NCBI GenBank assembly: GCA_951406725.2
Contig: OX597817.1
Coordinates: 115,444,001 to 115,508,000 of the forward strand
Origin: Octopus vulgaris
Lineage: Eukaryota
Direction: 5' to 3'
DNA length: 64,000 bases
Under the pieces are notes generated by a model. The model searched no databases and was not told the origin of the DNA. It saw only the letters and a program-made list of their open reading frames with translations. How positions within the stretch are numbered: the stretch's first letter is position 1; each line of letters begins with the position of its first letter. Positions 11,974-26,868 of this stretch are shown here, one piece after another. The translations under genes were made by a program, and so were the position numbers.

Positions 11974-12496
11974 TTCGGTTGAAATAAATTAGCAGAAAAC
12001 ACATGAAAAAAAAAAACAGGGGAGGAGCGTATAGCTCAATAAAGCCAAAAACGGCTGCAAAAAAAGTTTTTTTCCAAAGGAAAATTTATAGGCTTCCGTT
12101 CCTCTCCCCGTTCAACCCTATCCCCGTCAAGGAGAGGGGCGCAGCTCAAAAACAAAATGCAGGATACAGTTTTTTTCAAAAGAAAATTGTAGATTTCCCT
12201 TTTCTCCACAGTTCAAAAAGAATTCCTCACAACAAGAACAACAGTTCAAATTCCACCCCGTTTTGGTGGAGTGCATTTCAATAATACCTACAAAGGCTAA
12301 ATTAAAGGAAATGTACTTCTTTAAAGAATCCAATCGAATAAACAAGTACCAAATGTCTACAGAAATGCCACTATTCCCCTGAATACCGGGAAACAGCCTG
12401 CAAACAGGCAACAGTTCACAATAACAATTTTCAGCAAAATAACTCACAGAGCGCAAAAAAAAAAAAATACGACCGAAGTCTTAAAATTGTTAGCAA

Positions 12497-14822
12497 ACTT
12501 CTTTATTTTATGAAGTTGACCATGAAGGGCTTACACAGAGGGGACAGCACAAGGTGGGGAAAAAAAAAAACGAATGAAAAGAATGAATTAATATAATGAA
12601 AGACGAAATGAATCCTTTCGGCCCCACCTCCGAGCGACTTCATTGAACCTGTTAATACAGTTTTTAGAATACAAATACGTACACTATCATTTACAGCAGA
12701 ATGTCCATGTTGTATTTAAAAAAAATATCTATATACCTTATCCGTGCGGGCATTGTGCTGGTGTCAATTTTTTTTACCCACCACTCACGTACGGAAGCAA
12801 GATTCTTTATTTCATAAAATTGGCTATGCAGCCTTACAAAGATGAAGAAGCTGTGGGATGGACAAAAACACAATGATAGTGGAATGAAAAAAATGGTTGG
12901 TCGGAGAAGTAGACAACGCCCGCCGATTGTTATTTCTCGAAAACATTGTTCTCTTTTTTTCCAACAAAACAAAATGAGGTGTTGAACCTCTTAACTCAGT
13001 TCAAGGAATGGACGCAATCGTCGTTACAAATTAAGGCACTGAGCCATTTACCAATAATACAAATTCAAATTGAGGCTCTAAGGCGTCTTACCTTTCCTTC
13101 CCGACCAGGCTATATGCCCCCCGCAGGCAATCCTTCAGTTCCAAGTCGGGACACCAAAAAGCAAACCTATATTGGGAAAGGAGTCCATCACCCTGAAAAT
13201 ATCATCCTCTATTATGACCTCCGTAGTTACCTGAGGAGACCATCCGGGTCTTCAGTCCAGGAGAGGACCCCTCCCTCCAGCCCTCTAGCTTCTTCACAGA
13301 TATCTGTATAGCATCTCCGCTATGAAAGAAGATCACAAAATTATCCTTCATCACACTGGGATGGGCCACAATTTCAGGACATGCCGGCAGTGTACTACTA
13401 ACCACCGGCAATGTCTCATTTTTTTTTTTTTTCTTTTTCCTCCCTTGTGCTACGGGAGGCTGTAGCTTCTCCGCTTTATCCGGAGTATCTTCCCTCCCTC
13501 CCGCAGTTTTGGGGTCCTTCAGTGGGCAACCATTATTTCCCACCTTCCTTTCTCCCCTTTTTTCGAGGTCTGCACCTCCTCGATTGCCTCCATCTCTTCC
13601 TCCAAAGGAGGAGGGGGTGCTACTTTTATTAACAGCTCCAGGACTTTACTTTGGTCCTGGGGACATTTCTTCTTAATATGGCCTGATTCCAGGCACAGGT
13701 AACTCTTGCATCCCTCAAGTATCACTGTGTACCTGCAACCGGCCACTTTCAGAAAATCTGGAAATACCAGATCTTTAGCAGCTGATTGGGTCCATAGGGT
13801 CAAAACCACCCAATCAGACGCCGGCACATTTAAAAGCTTGGGTCTGCTGCCACCCAGACCCCGGTGGATACTATCCTCTATCCATTCCGGTTGAATGCCC
13901 GGTGGCAGCCCACAGACCCAAGCTCTTGTTAATTACTTCCCACAATATGTGGGAAGAAATAGAATCTCTTGCTCTTCTAAGGGCTGGCTCGCAAATTTGT
14001 GAGCTACCTCAGGGGTGTCAAACAGCAACCACACCGTTGCATATTTACTACCCTTGGAAATAAAGTTAATAGTTGGCAGATGTTCTGCCAACTCTTTTTC
14101 TGTCTTTGTCTTAGGAAAGACCGCGATGGTGTCGAGTGACTTAGAATAAGTCATCAACAACACCGTTCTTTCCTCTAAATTTTTCAACCATTGATTGGGT
14201 GGGATGATTTCCCAGTCCAATGGAATGTTAAATTTCTTCGCCACGGTTCGAAGAAAATGTTCAAAATAAAAAACAAAAGTCCAAACAAAGTCAAAAAACA
14301 GTTCGAAGGAAGAGAAAGAGCAGAATGACAAAGAAGAGAAAAAGAAAGAAGGAAGACGGTTCAAAACACGGCAACATACAATTCCGGCCAACCGGTACTC
14401 CTGGCCAACAGGTACTCCAAACATGAACAGGAATACAGCAGCAGGAACACAACTTCAAAAAATTCCGCCACAAATTGGCAGAAATTCAGAAATTTTTCCA
14501 AAAAAATTTCACAATTTTTGGAGGCGGGATACGCCTCCAAAACAACACAATTCTCACAATTAAGTGAGACAGCGCAACTATAGGCAGACAAATGCCTCGG
14601 AACTCAGTAGGTATTTTTTGTTCGAAAAAAAAAACAGACAACAAACAACAAACCCCCACTGAATCCCCCGAAAACAAATGTCTTACCTTATAGCTGCGCC
14701 TTCAAAATTCTTCATTTCAAGAACTCTGCAAAGCAACGTCTTGACAACAACAGTGTAGTAGTAACACTAACACATACGCGGAAGCAACCTACTTACAACA
14801 CAGCAACACACACACACACACA
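12497..14822 (-). mobile_element. ORF1-only (HAL1-like) L1/Tx1-related element
   Basis: ORF1-like frames 13933-14250 and 13519-13930 (ERTVLLMTY..., FLPTYCGK, RAWVCGLPPGI, (S)YLCLESGHIKKKC). No APE/RT motif in 12500-13200. Minus-strand AATAAA at ~12503. T-rich 5'UTR starting in (TG)n. Confidence 0.65.
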
Positions 14823-17800
14823 AGCTCTTTTCGTCTTGATATATCTAATAAAATAATATATATCCCCCATTAACTCAACCCCATCAATTTGGATAAGTGT
14901 TGACCCGTGAGGGTAAAGTTATTCATGTTTTGAAGTAAAGAATCGCTAAATGTCTATTTTTCTGTCTTCACAATTAATGTTGCAATAATATAAAATGATC
15001 ATTTGATGGCGCAGGGAGAAGATAGAGAAAAGGGTAAAGTCAAACTTCCATTCAGGAATGCCTTAGGAAATATGTTGTCTCGCGTTATTATAAGTAGCAC
15101 GCTTTTATCATTAACGAATGATGGGCGCTTTTTCTACAAGTTTTTGTATAATGCCTCCAATTGACAATATCTCTCTGCATTAACTCTTTCGTTCCGGTTT
15201 ATCATTTGGTGATAGCGGAATCTCTTATATCCCACCAAATACAGAACACACACTTTTTTGGTTATAGTCCCGGCTTGAAGTTGGGTTTACGTATTCCATT
15301 GAATCCTAGCTATTGTGGTTTTCGTTCGATGTTAACATAGAAAATGTTATCGCTTGCGATGCCTTTACACAAGAAAAGCTCGGTAGCAAGTTTAATCTTC
15401 GATGATGAGCAAAGGATAGCACTTTGATTAAAATGGCACACACACACGCACACACACATGCACACACATACACACACAAACATATTTAATAACTTGTACT
15501 GCTGCGTATGTGAAATATAACTAGGAGATGAATGTTTGAACTATATATTCCAGGCCATTGTGAATTTCATTCCGACAACGTATTTAGGAAAAAAAAATTT
15601 TATCAACCGCCTCACAGAAGCGAGCATTTAGGCGTAATTTAGCCGCTAGATATTGTAGCCGTATCTCCTGCAAATGATGTCTTGTCATCTCAACACAAAT
15701 AGTAATATAATTATTGTTGGGCTGAACACAGCTGGATTATCTTCGAACATACGTCTGCTCGTCGAAAATAGAGTTGATATTCAACAACAAGGACATGAAT
15801 AAAAATTAGTAGCCTCTTAAACGTATATTGTTATATCCATTACGCAAGATTGCAACTTCGAAAAATATATATATATAAAAAAGAAAATGTACGTACGTGA
15901 GTTGTGTGCAATGATGTATGTACATGTTTGTGTATTCGCTGCTTAAATATCTATTCCATAATAGTTTACAATATGCTGTTCAAATATTATCTGTAACTGA
16001 TTATTTTAACTCATTGCTAATTACAGCTGTTGCTGGTCGCTGGAGGTAAACAATACTCTGAGCGAAAAAAAAAGGCAGATCTTAATTTTAAATTGTTAGT
16101 AGCGAAATTAAGATAGAACTTTGAATAGAATGGCGACATTTAATTTAGCTTCGTTATTAGGGTTATTACATCTTATATTTGAAGCTATGGGCATTATTTC
16201 ATAATTACAAAATAGGAAGAATATTATGAACTTAGTAACCATGCAATTATTGAGAAGCATCCAGTGTACGTAGATTAACAAGAACAGTGATTAATTAAGC
16301 AATGCAGTAACAAATATTACAGACATGCGGAAAAAAATTAATTGTACGAAGAACGATGAATTAGCATGACCAGAATATTCAAGGAAATTATAAAAGTTGA
16401 TAAAACTGATAATACCCACACGTTTATCACCAAATGATTCTGTTAGATCTTCATGAAAGTAATTTAAAACGTATTTGATCTTAAGATTATTTGCGTAAAG
16501 AAATAATCAGCAGGAAGGCAAAACATTTCGGTGTTCTGACTAAGTTTATACTGGAAATCAAACAAAACGTTAAAAGAAGAAAATACAAGGCAGGTGTTTA
16601 TAATCTTTATCAACTAAAAATCTCTACATTTTTAGATCAATATTTTGTAAATTATAATGAAAAATAGCTTCTCTTTCTTAGGTTTATTAGTGAAAATGAA
16701 ACTTCCTTGAGTGGCTCTGGTAAAGTCAGTTAGTGATGTTCCTATCTTTCACTCACATAAGAAAAAAAAAATTTCTGAAATATTAATTGCAGCTTGTTTA
16801 TAGTCTTCAGTTTAATGAAACATATAAGATAATACACGGAAATGCGTAGAGAAATTTTTATTCGATCAAGCACAACAAATTCCTAGCTTAAGGAGAGAAA
16901 CGCATCACAAAGAATGTTCAGTTACATGTGTTGTGCCAGATAAATGTCTTGTAAGTCGGAAGTGCTGTATGCTTACTATCCTAAATTTCTAAACATAGCA
17001 GTCTAATTATATTTTGGAAGTCACTGCAGTTTACAACTTTTGTATTTGAACTCTTTTCGCCACATATAGAAACAGAGGAGGTAACACAAAATTAAATGAT
17101 TATTTGTGTAGTCTTAATATTAGAATAAAGTCTGAATTTATTAAATAATAGCATTTATAAGTAGATTCATATTTGAAGAACAACTTTCTCATATCTTTTT
17201 AGCAACGAAGTTATTTATATACTTCCAGTCAATATAACTATGTTATATTCAATGCTATTGAAAGTGATATATTTGTCAAAACTGTTCTCGAATCAGGTGA
17301 ATTGAAATATTTCCTTTAGTAACATTGGTAGTATTTTATACTTTTAGATATACTAAATTTACGTACGTTCTATCACCAAATATTTCATAAACATATTTTA
17401 GAAGCCCTGCAATATTATTTAGGATACAAGGTAAAAATATTCTGGAAATTTAATTGATAGATCCAATGATTATATATTGTGAGATATGTTAGATGTTTGA
17501 AATGTATGAAGTATATCTGTTTGCAGGATTCTGGCACATTATTTGCATCCACTTTCTAGGAATGCAAAATGCAGAGAAATACATAGCCTTCCAGATTAGT
17601 ACATAATTTATTTCTCATAACAAACAATAACATTTCATTTGGGAGGGAGTTTCTACTAAATTGGTGGTTTTAGTACTGTCCTTCAATATTGTTTACTTTA
17701 GTGTCAAATCAAATACCGATTCTTTGACGATAGGTTACAGCAATCATTGCTATGAAACTCCCAATATTTAGTTACAAAGTAGAGCGTCAGTAGTGAGATG

Positions 17801-19926
17801 TGAACACACGAAACAATTGCAGAGTAGCCTACACATCATTCATACAGCTATTACTACTAAAAGGTATGTAATCAAATTCAATTTCTCATATGTTGCCTCT
17901 AAGCAAACCGAGTGTCATTGTGCATAAATTCAGAAATTGTATAGGCAACGGTATCGATCATACTTATAAGGAATCACTCATCTTCTGTCGGTTTACATGT
18001 AGAGATTGTTATGGCTTTTACTGTTGCAGTTATTGTTTTATTCTTACCCACTTCTTCTACCAGTAGTTTTATTGAAACTATTCACCACTCGAGATAGCTT
18101 TGTTATTGATTTTAATATATTTCTGGAATATAGATATATTGCTTAAAGCATTATTTCCGTTAACGTTCTCTTGCAATCGAGTGATAGGGTATTTTGGTTA
18201 GAATTGTGCTGTTACTAATTGGTTTTGATTTTTTTTCAGGAGACGAGTAAATATGTAAAATTAATATACCACAATTCCTTTCCCTTTATCGAAACTAGAC
18301 GTGTGCCATGTATGAAATCAATAGATTGAATTTATACTACTATATTGATTGTAGAAAAATACAAGTTGAAGAGCAGACCTTAGAAATTGTAAAGTACTTA
18401 GATAGAAATACAGTAAATTAATTTTCTTAGTACCATTAAGCTAAAAAAATGGTGATAGAAATAAGGTATGGAATTGCAGACACGTTTATATTTCTGCATC
18501 CGGATGGATTTATATATGGTTGAGATGTTCTACAATTGATAAAAGTTGCAATGTTGTATGTATAACTGTAGTTAGTTATTATAAAGAATCTATAACGCAT
18601 AGTAGACAGTTATATTGCAAAAGAAGACTTTAAAAAACATACTTCTGCAATATACTTTTGAGAAAATTAGAAAATTTATATAAGCAAAACTAAGGCAGTC
18701 CGGACATCATAAACTCATAAGGCTTGTATATTTAGGATTACTATATCAAATGGGATATTTATTTTTAATACGTTAGATTCTGCTTTAAGGTGGTCACCTG
18801 AATCGCTACTTAGAATTGGTCGCGAAATATGGTGGTAGATATATGCGTGTATAAATTTAAAAGGATGTGTATATGTTTAAATAAATGAATATACATATGT
18901 ATATATGTGTGAAAATGGCATTTTTTCAATAATTATACACAGATGCTAATATGTACATTTAACCTGTGTCGTATATTATGTGTGCATTTTCCTAATTGTA
19001 TTTCTCTTGACTACGGTGACTTGAATTTTCCTATGGAATTATTTTACGATCTTATCGACAATATGTTAATAAAAGTATTTTCTTTGAAATCGCAAACTTC
19101 ACCCATCAGTAATTCAATTCCTTTGCAAAAGATTCCTGAGAAAAGCTGAAAAGCTGTCTCCTTTTTATTAAAAGACACAGGTTAGCTATCTGAAAAGAAT
19201 TCCGCATTCTAAGGAAACAAAGATCGTGTATGTGGTTGAACCATTCCAAGATGTAGACGGTCGAATTATTTGTTATTCTTCTATGGTTTTATTAAAAGAG
19301 GAAAGGATTGCAGAGCTAGATTTCTGCAACGAAAGAAAAACGAAATAAAAGACATAAAACAAAATAAAGTACCTCCACCACGCAAAAAATACTAAAAATA
19401 AACAAAAAAAGCAGACAAAAGACACATACTACAAAACAAAATAACAGCAATTATATTATTTCATTTAGAACTGAAATAACAATAGCGCAGTTATTGCACA
19501 TTTTCAATTTCCTTTTTATTTATTTTGGCTGCAATGTCTGTTTCTCAAGACTGACATTTTCTTGCATAAATGCTTTTTACAAGGACTATGGTTTCCAATA
19601 TAAATACCGTGCTTGTATGATTCAGATTGCTCCGCAGTGAATGAATGCGCATCTTTTAACTTTTGCGCATTGTGAACGCACACGACCCAGCTCCATATCC
19701 AAGTGTGTGTGTGTGTTTGTGCATGCATGTGAATAATATATCTTACGTACAAAATGCCTTAATATTAATCTACGTGACATGTATTTTGTAACGGACGGTA
19801 CCTTTCATTCCTTTCTATTTTTGACTGCTCATATTGGATTTATACATAGACAAACAAATAAGCATACATATATAAGTATATATATATGTGTGTGTGCATG
19901 TGTATGTATATATACATGTATGTATG

Positions 19927-19970
<44 letters not shown>

Positions 19971-20007
19971 AATGGTGTCGCCTATAAGGAACCATATCTC
20001 ATACGTA

Positions 20008-20081
<74 letters not shown>

Positions 20082-22133
20082 TGCATAAATAACTGTATAT
20101 AAGTCGGAATATATTACCATATCCATGCGTGCGTTATGCTTGTATTTGGTATTATCTTATTAATCTTCTGCCCGCAATTACATTTCCAAACAGGAACCAA
20201 AGGCTGGCATATAGTTTCGTTGATAACTGATATTTGTAAATGCTTTCAGAAGTCGTAATGTTTTGTTACGTCAGAATAAATAAGAAAATCCGATTGACAA
20301 AGCTATTCATCGAAATTATCAGGCCACTCTTGGTTCATTATTAGAAATATCTTCGCACATGCCTAGGAATCCAGTTTTGGAAAGAATTAATGCGTGTTCA
20401 TATGAGTATTGACATGAAGAAAGTTGAGTTTTGTTTCCTAGCCGGTAAGTTCTCAGAGTGCATATTGAGTTATTCGGACATGCTATAGAATGATACATTG
20501 TGATTCTCATGATTTTCTCTAGCGTAATTGAATGGGAACAGATTCAATTGGTAATCAAGATTTAATTACGATATCAGCTGACTGGTGGGTTAGTAGTCGT
20601 ACTTACTTATCATAAAAAGGATATAAATCTTTGGTGGAGAGAATTGTCTGGTTCTATATTTGTTACAAAAACAACAATAACACATTTACGAGATATTGGT
20701 TGTTATGAGAATAGGTTTTAATATATCACATTAGTATTTCGTCTTTATGTTGCATACTCAGAGGAAAAAAGTCGCAGATGAATATATTTCTCTCCAATGA
20801 TTACATAAATTGAATATATTTCTGCGAAATACGTACAAAGCTGTATGAATATAAATTAAACATGTTCTTACTGTAGTTTTGCTCCGTGTTAACCGTTCAA
20901 ATCTATCTATTTCGCATCAACTGCTAGAAACAGCCTGATATATATATAGCATCACACGTTCGATTATTAAAATAAGTGACATTGTATAATAAAGTTTTAT
21001 TGGTAGATGTGATTATATCAAAGCTGGAATATATTTGATCTTAGTTCTGTCTGATCAGCGATATTCATAAACGAAAACAGTAAACCACTTACACCTAGGT
21101 TTAAATAGTTTCCTTTCTTTGACTAGTATATTCTCGATCAACTAAAGTTATCCTGATCACCCATTGAGTGTTTTAAGATTGTCTTCACTATGCATATTTA
21201 AGTAAACTGAGTCTCTTGAGAGTTAAGTACTTGCTGTTTTCCATATAATCACAAGCAAAATTTGTCTCATTAAATTTTGATTTTGGAAAACAAATGCCAT
21301 TGATATATAATACTAACTAGATGTAAGCAAAATATTGCTTATGAAATATGCAAGCAAATATTATTAACCCTCATAACTCCCTATGATTCGAGTATTGCCC
21401 TCAAAAGTTGGTTCAGCTGAACTCAATAAAAATAATGTTTGAATACCAACAGAGTATTTCAGTATTTCATGTTATTTGACGAATGTGAGTAATTTTATTG
21501 AGTCTAAAACCAAACGTCAATACAGAGAGACTAAATTTCATAGATATCTTTGTGGTTATGGAATTAACAAAATGTTGCTGTTAAAGGAATTATGTATGTA
21601 AACAATTATTTTCTAAATTTAAAATATGCAAAGAAATAAGTGCCTTAACTGATATATAGTGTATATAATTACAGGCAGCAATTCTTAGCAAAATAACTTT
21701 TATCATTGAAATAAAATCGTTCTCTGTATATAAATGCATGTCGTAAATATGAATAAAGATATACAATGATTTTCTGACAATACAAGAAATATTAATCATA
21801 TCTTTCTATGCACTAAAATTGGAAACAATAGAATAGAAATGTAGAGAATATTTCAAAACAAGAAAATGAAATCATATTATTCTTATGTACTGAAATAAAA
21901 ACAAAGACAATTGAATTTTCTGTTATGTTCTATCTTTCAATTATTTTTGTGCTTTTCACGGTCAATTGAAAATGACTCGTGGATGTAATAATTTACTCTA
22001 ATGGTTTCATACCGGATATTATATTAAGTAAATTAAAACATATATATACTATAACTACTAATGTGATTCTATAGTTCCAAGTACAGAGTCAATACCTCGA
22101 ATACTAGTATATTTGGTATACTTTGCTTTAATT

Positions 22134-22531
22134 TCCTCTTGCTTGTTTCATTCATTAGACTGCAGCCATGCTGGGGCATCACTTTGAAAAAACTTTTAAT
22201 GGAATGAATCGAAGCAGTGCATCATTTTATAGCTTGGTATTTATTTTAGCGAACTCTTTTGCTGAAACTCTTAGTAATGGGAGTGTAAACACACCAACAC
22301 CAGTTGAGAAGTGGTGATGGGGAACAAACAAAAGAAAAACACACACACTCACACGAACACATACACACACGGCACACACACTAGGAGCTTCTTTCAGTAT
22401 CCATCTACCAAATTCCTTTGATTGGCCCGAGGCTACATAAAAGACACTTAACCAGCATTCCACGGAGTGCTACTGAATCCTGGACCATGTCGTTGGGAAG
22501 TAAGCTTCTTACCACACACCCACGCCTGCGC
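22134..22531 (-). mobile_element. tRNA-derived SINE (octopus OR/OK-like)
   Basis: Head gcgcaggcgtgggtgtgtggtaagaagctt...ggattcagtagc (A/B-box-like), central (TG)n, tail cagcatggctgcagtc...tgaaacaag. Homologous to 47444-47830. Confidence 0.8.
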
Positions 22532-22618
22532 TCATGATTAACACCTATCATTTTCAAAAAGAAGAGTAATCATATTGGTTTTGGCATTACATGCATACGT
22601 GCATACATAAATACATAC

Positions 22619-22651
<33 letters not shown>

Positions 22652-24739
22652 CGCGCAAATTAGTTTTTATAGCATACTTAAGCCGTCAACTTCCACCTAC
22701 TGTTTCTGATCTAAAATAATTGTCACCATCATACACGTAGCTTGAAGCATGTAAAAAAACTACCCCTCTGCAGAAATAGTATCTACTTACATATGAGTAC
22801 AAGATTTCACACGTCGGTTAGGTTTATAGACGATTACTCCGACTACAGTACTTGTTGGTGCTTTATTTCAATTCTGAGAGGATGAAAAGTAAATTAGACT
22901 TTAGTGGACATTGAATTCATTTTGTAAAATACCGTAACTAAATACTGCATTTCATTTTGTCGGTGGCATACACACTCTGATAATTTTCTGCTCCAGCAGA
23001 TCATCTGCAAATAAATATAATTTTAAAACGCAATTGATGCATAAAATAAACAATGTAGCAGTCAGTGGGTGTAAGTTTTAGATTAGTAACGATATAACAA
23101 AGATGTAATGATGAGTGAGTGATAACGAACTGGAAAGATAGAATATACCTGGAATTGACTGCGAAATGCTAAAATAAATCAATGTACATTAGTTTCAATC
23201 ATTAAATTATGTTATCATCTACAATCAAGTAATTAATTTAATAGTTTCTAAATCTCAAAATATTCAATATTCAATGATTAATGATAAACTATTAAAATCT
23301 ACGATAAAATCGATAGTTTAATATAAGTATTTCATGTAAAGACAGCGGCTTATCAAAAATAGCAGTATGATCAACTATAACGCTTTCCATTATTTATATC
23401 CTCATCTCTATATTCCGATTTCAATTATAGTCAGATGGATATTACCTTTCTTACTTTTGTCGTTAGTCAATGAAATAAATATCCACAATGTACTAATTGC
23501 AGTTGAAACTACTATATGCTACTGAATTTTATGCAAAAAATAACAAATTTATATATTGGTAAAAATCTTAAAGGGGCAGATTTTGATTTCCGTCGTGTAA
23601 TTGATTTCCGTCGATTGAATTCCATCAATTTCGTTTATGTTTTTAATATAATTATCGGTAAAATATTTCAGGAAAATATGTTATATCCCGGCTCTTATAC
23701 ATTTGGGGATGTAGAGTTCGCATAGATTACAAGGAAAGGGATCATGCCTTTTAAGTAATCTAAATGTTTTATCTTCTTTCATGGTTTAGTTGTACAACGA
23801 ACGTTTGATTGAACACTTAGGCGGTCTTTCAGATAATTCTTCAAAGAAAACACTTAAATATTCTAAATATTTTAATTTCGAACGTTCTACAAAACCTAGG
23901 AAGTTTCGATAATCCTTTTCTAACTTTCACTGATTTCACAATCAAACGGCTGTGTGATTGTGCGACTGACAGTACGAATTACGCTTGTATCTTAAGTAAT
24001 AAAATTAGTGGTCGACAGCCATTACAATCTAGCCATGCAGTAACAATTCAATTATTACGTAAACTAATGCACTAAGGAGCAGTGCATTTTTGTTCTCCTT
24101 TGTAACAGTAATTTACAGTTATGAGTATCTAGGCCACATCTGAGTTTCCTGTCATCATCACGAACACATAATTGCCCGAAACATAATACGAATAACAGAA
24201 TTCCGACGTAGGGATGAACGTGTCTGTAATTATTGAAAGATACCTACAAGATTAGAGACAGACGTCCATAAAATGAAAATAAAAGAGTTGATACTTAAAT
24301 ATAAGTGCAACACTGCGTATTATCTTGTAATAACACTGTGCATTTATAAACGTATTTTTTAAGTTTGGAAAATGGTTGTTGGCATCACGATACAGATGCT
24401 GGCGCAAGATGAAACAAAACAAACATTCAAAAACTCGAAGTATAATAGTATTACGTGATTAAATGACCACGAAGAGCCGGTGAAACCACCACACTGAAAT
24501 AGGTACACTTCACTTATAAACAGTAAGTCGTATATAACAGGCAAATTAGCTAGCAGTTACTTGATAACAAATCGTCTATTTGGTATTTAGATTGTCATCC
24601 TCCGCAGAGGCTTACTTTGTGAAGATTATTGTATATGAAGTTATCAGTGTTAAAAAATGTAGCCAGTAAAACCAATAAGCCCCTCATAGGTATCAGGTCA
24701 AGGAATTCATACTTACAAAAACATATACAGATACTTGTA

Positions 24740-24777
<38 letters not shown>

Positions 24778-24780
<3 letters not shown>

Positions 24781-24990
24781 TGATCCAAACAAGAAACAAA
24801 AAAGTAACAACGCAAGGACGTGGAACAAATAAAGTATTATTGGACGCTCAGGAAAGTAGGGAAGAAGGAGGGTTCGATGTTTCGAGCGGAGCTCTTCGTC
24901 GGAAACATAGGAGAAGGAAAGATCCCGAGAAGGGAAGACAGAGGAAAAAAATCGCTAGTGATACAGACAAGGTCACATTCTAAAAGACCA
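24778..24990 (-). mobile_element. Short PLE-type unit (family B) with minimal hammerhead at 24871-24907
   Basis: Minus strand gttt CCGACGA a gagc-tcc-gctc GAAA cATC gaac. (TA)n on both sides. Confidence 0.8.
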
Positions 24991-25009
24991 ATATATATAT
25001 ATTATGTGA

Positions 25010-25316
25010 AGGCGCGTAGCTTCGTGGTTAGGGCATTAGGCTCACGATCGTGAGTACAACTCCCGGCGATGCGTTGAGTCCTTGAGCAAGACACTTTATT
25101 TCATGCTCCTTTCCACTCAGCTGGCAACAGTGAGTGGTACCTGTTTTTCAAAGGGGCAGCTTTGTCACACTCTGTGTCACGCTGAATGAATCTCCCTGAG
25201 AATTACGTTAAGGGTATACGTGTCTGCGGAGTGCTCAGCCACTTGCACGTTAATGTCACGAGTAAGCTGTTCCGTTAATCGCATCAGCTGGGACCTTCGT
25301 CGTTGTAACTGACGGA
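25010..25316 (+). mobile_element. tRNA-derived SINE (second family)
   Basis: ggcgcgtagcttcgtggttagggc A-box head and gtccttgagcaagacacttta conserved-domain-like segment. Confidence 0.7.
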
Positions 25317-25364
25317 TTGTTCTTAGTATATATATATATATATATATATACATATATACTTTTT

Positions 25365-26717
25365 TTAGTATCAGATCAGAGCTGTGGCCATGGTGGGGCA
25401 CCTCCGTTTTGCTATAATGTTATTATTGAAAACCTCCTCTAATATATGGTATTTGGTGAATAAGGGAGTTTGATGTCGCTACCATCATTTGCCCTCTTGC
25501 CGCATGGTAGGTTCATCTAGGATTTTTGACATCAAGAGGTCCAGTTTTGATTTGAAAACACTTACAACTACTTTGTGTAGGTCGCTCCGGCCCTCTTGGA
25601 GAATATCAAAAATCTGTGATCCCCTGAAACTCAGGCTGTTGCAGTAACTGGTTCTGCGGCGCGATGGCATTGCTGGAAACTTTGGCACTGTGCAGTGTCG
25701 ACCCATTCTGGCATTTGTGTAGCTTTCAATGCCTAAATTTGGCAAATTCCTCCCAGCATCTTCCAAATGTATATTACTGCAAACCTCTCCTGCCTTCGCT
25801 CCAGTGAATAGGGTCCTAGCTGGTAATGTGCACTTGGAAAGAGGTATCATCACTATTGTCGATACCCAGGATCCTCACTCTTTTAGGCTCTGGCATTGTA
25901 ACCCTTGTGGACCAGTGTACCCTATATGTTTAGTATTCAGTTTTGGACACTGGCAGCACTGGGCTTGGAATTTTGCGCATTAAACTGGATGCTATTGTCC
26001 TCAGCTCATCTGTAAATTGAGTCCAACTCCTACTGCAGGTATGCAACATCGCTGGGGTTCTGTATTTTGGGAAAGAATGTCGTATCGTTTGCGTAGCTAG
26101 CAAGGGTTGCTATCCGAGCAGCTGAGGGCATATCTGAGAGGGCCACTAGGAAAAGCAGTGGGCCCAAGGCAATGTAATGTGGAATAACGCTCAGTATTTG
26201 TGTTTTCATTGAGGTGGCTTCATTGACCACTACTGCCTGACATCTATCTTTCAGAAAATCATGTAACCACTCTCCAAGTTTTACAGCTATGCCGAGTTCA
26301 CGCAGTTTGTGGCATATCATGCCATCATCCACATTATCAAAATCTTTTGCAAAGCCAAGGAATATTACGTCTACATTCGAATTGTTGAGTAACTGCCTCA
26401 ACACCAAGTCATAGCGCCGTAAATGCTGGGTCAGGTAGCTCCTACCTGGTCGAAAGCCATGCTGGGTATCACTCAGCAAGTCGTTTTCTTCAAAGAATGC
26501 GATTAGTATCCCTTTGACTATCAGTTACCTGACTTTACTGATGTGTGAAGTCAGTGAGATAGGCCTATAGTTTTTGGCATCTGCTCTGCTTCTTCCTTTA
26601 TGGATTGGGCATATTATTCTCTCCTTCAGTTTGCTTGGTAGCCTGCCATTTGCAAGAGAGCTTTGGAAGAGAATCTGTAGTGGTTTCGCCAGGACACGCT
26701 TACACGATTTGAGGATG
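25365..26717 (-). mobile_element. CR1-group LINE, 5'-truncated, decayed RT
   Basis: KNYRPISLTSHISKV, QHGFRPGRS, DVIFLGFAKDFD, LGPLLFL, YAND (degenerate YADD). 3' end homologous to 1172-1640. Confidence 0.88.
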
Positions 26718-26868
26718 ATTCTGGTTACTGCTTGGAGTCGAACTCGGGATCTTTGAGTTAGTAGCCCGCGCTCTTAACGACTACGCCATATGCCAGTGGA
26801 CATATGGCGTAGTGGTTAAGGGCGCGGGTTACTAATTCTAAAATTCGGAGTTCGATTACAGGTAGTGG

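Larger units (their letters stand above)
8600..12454 (-). mobile_element. L1/Tx1-clade LINE, decayed, 3'-truncated inside the RT domain
   Basis: 5'UTR, ORF1 with CCHC knuckle, and ORF2 with APE and RT motifs, colinear on the minus strand. Confidence 0.9.

Noticed and set aside
12455-14860. snRNA or tRNA target site (Keno/Dewa-type) and TSD flanking the Tx1 elements
   Set aside because: No recognisable U2 or tRNA sequence and no duplicated target at either junction.
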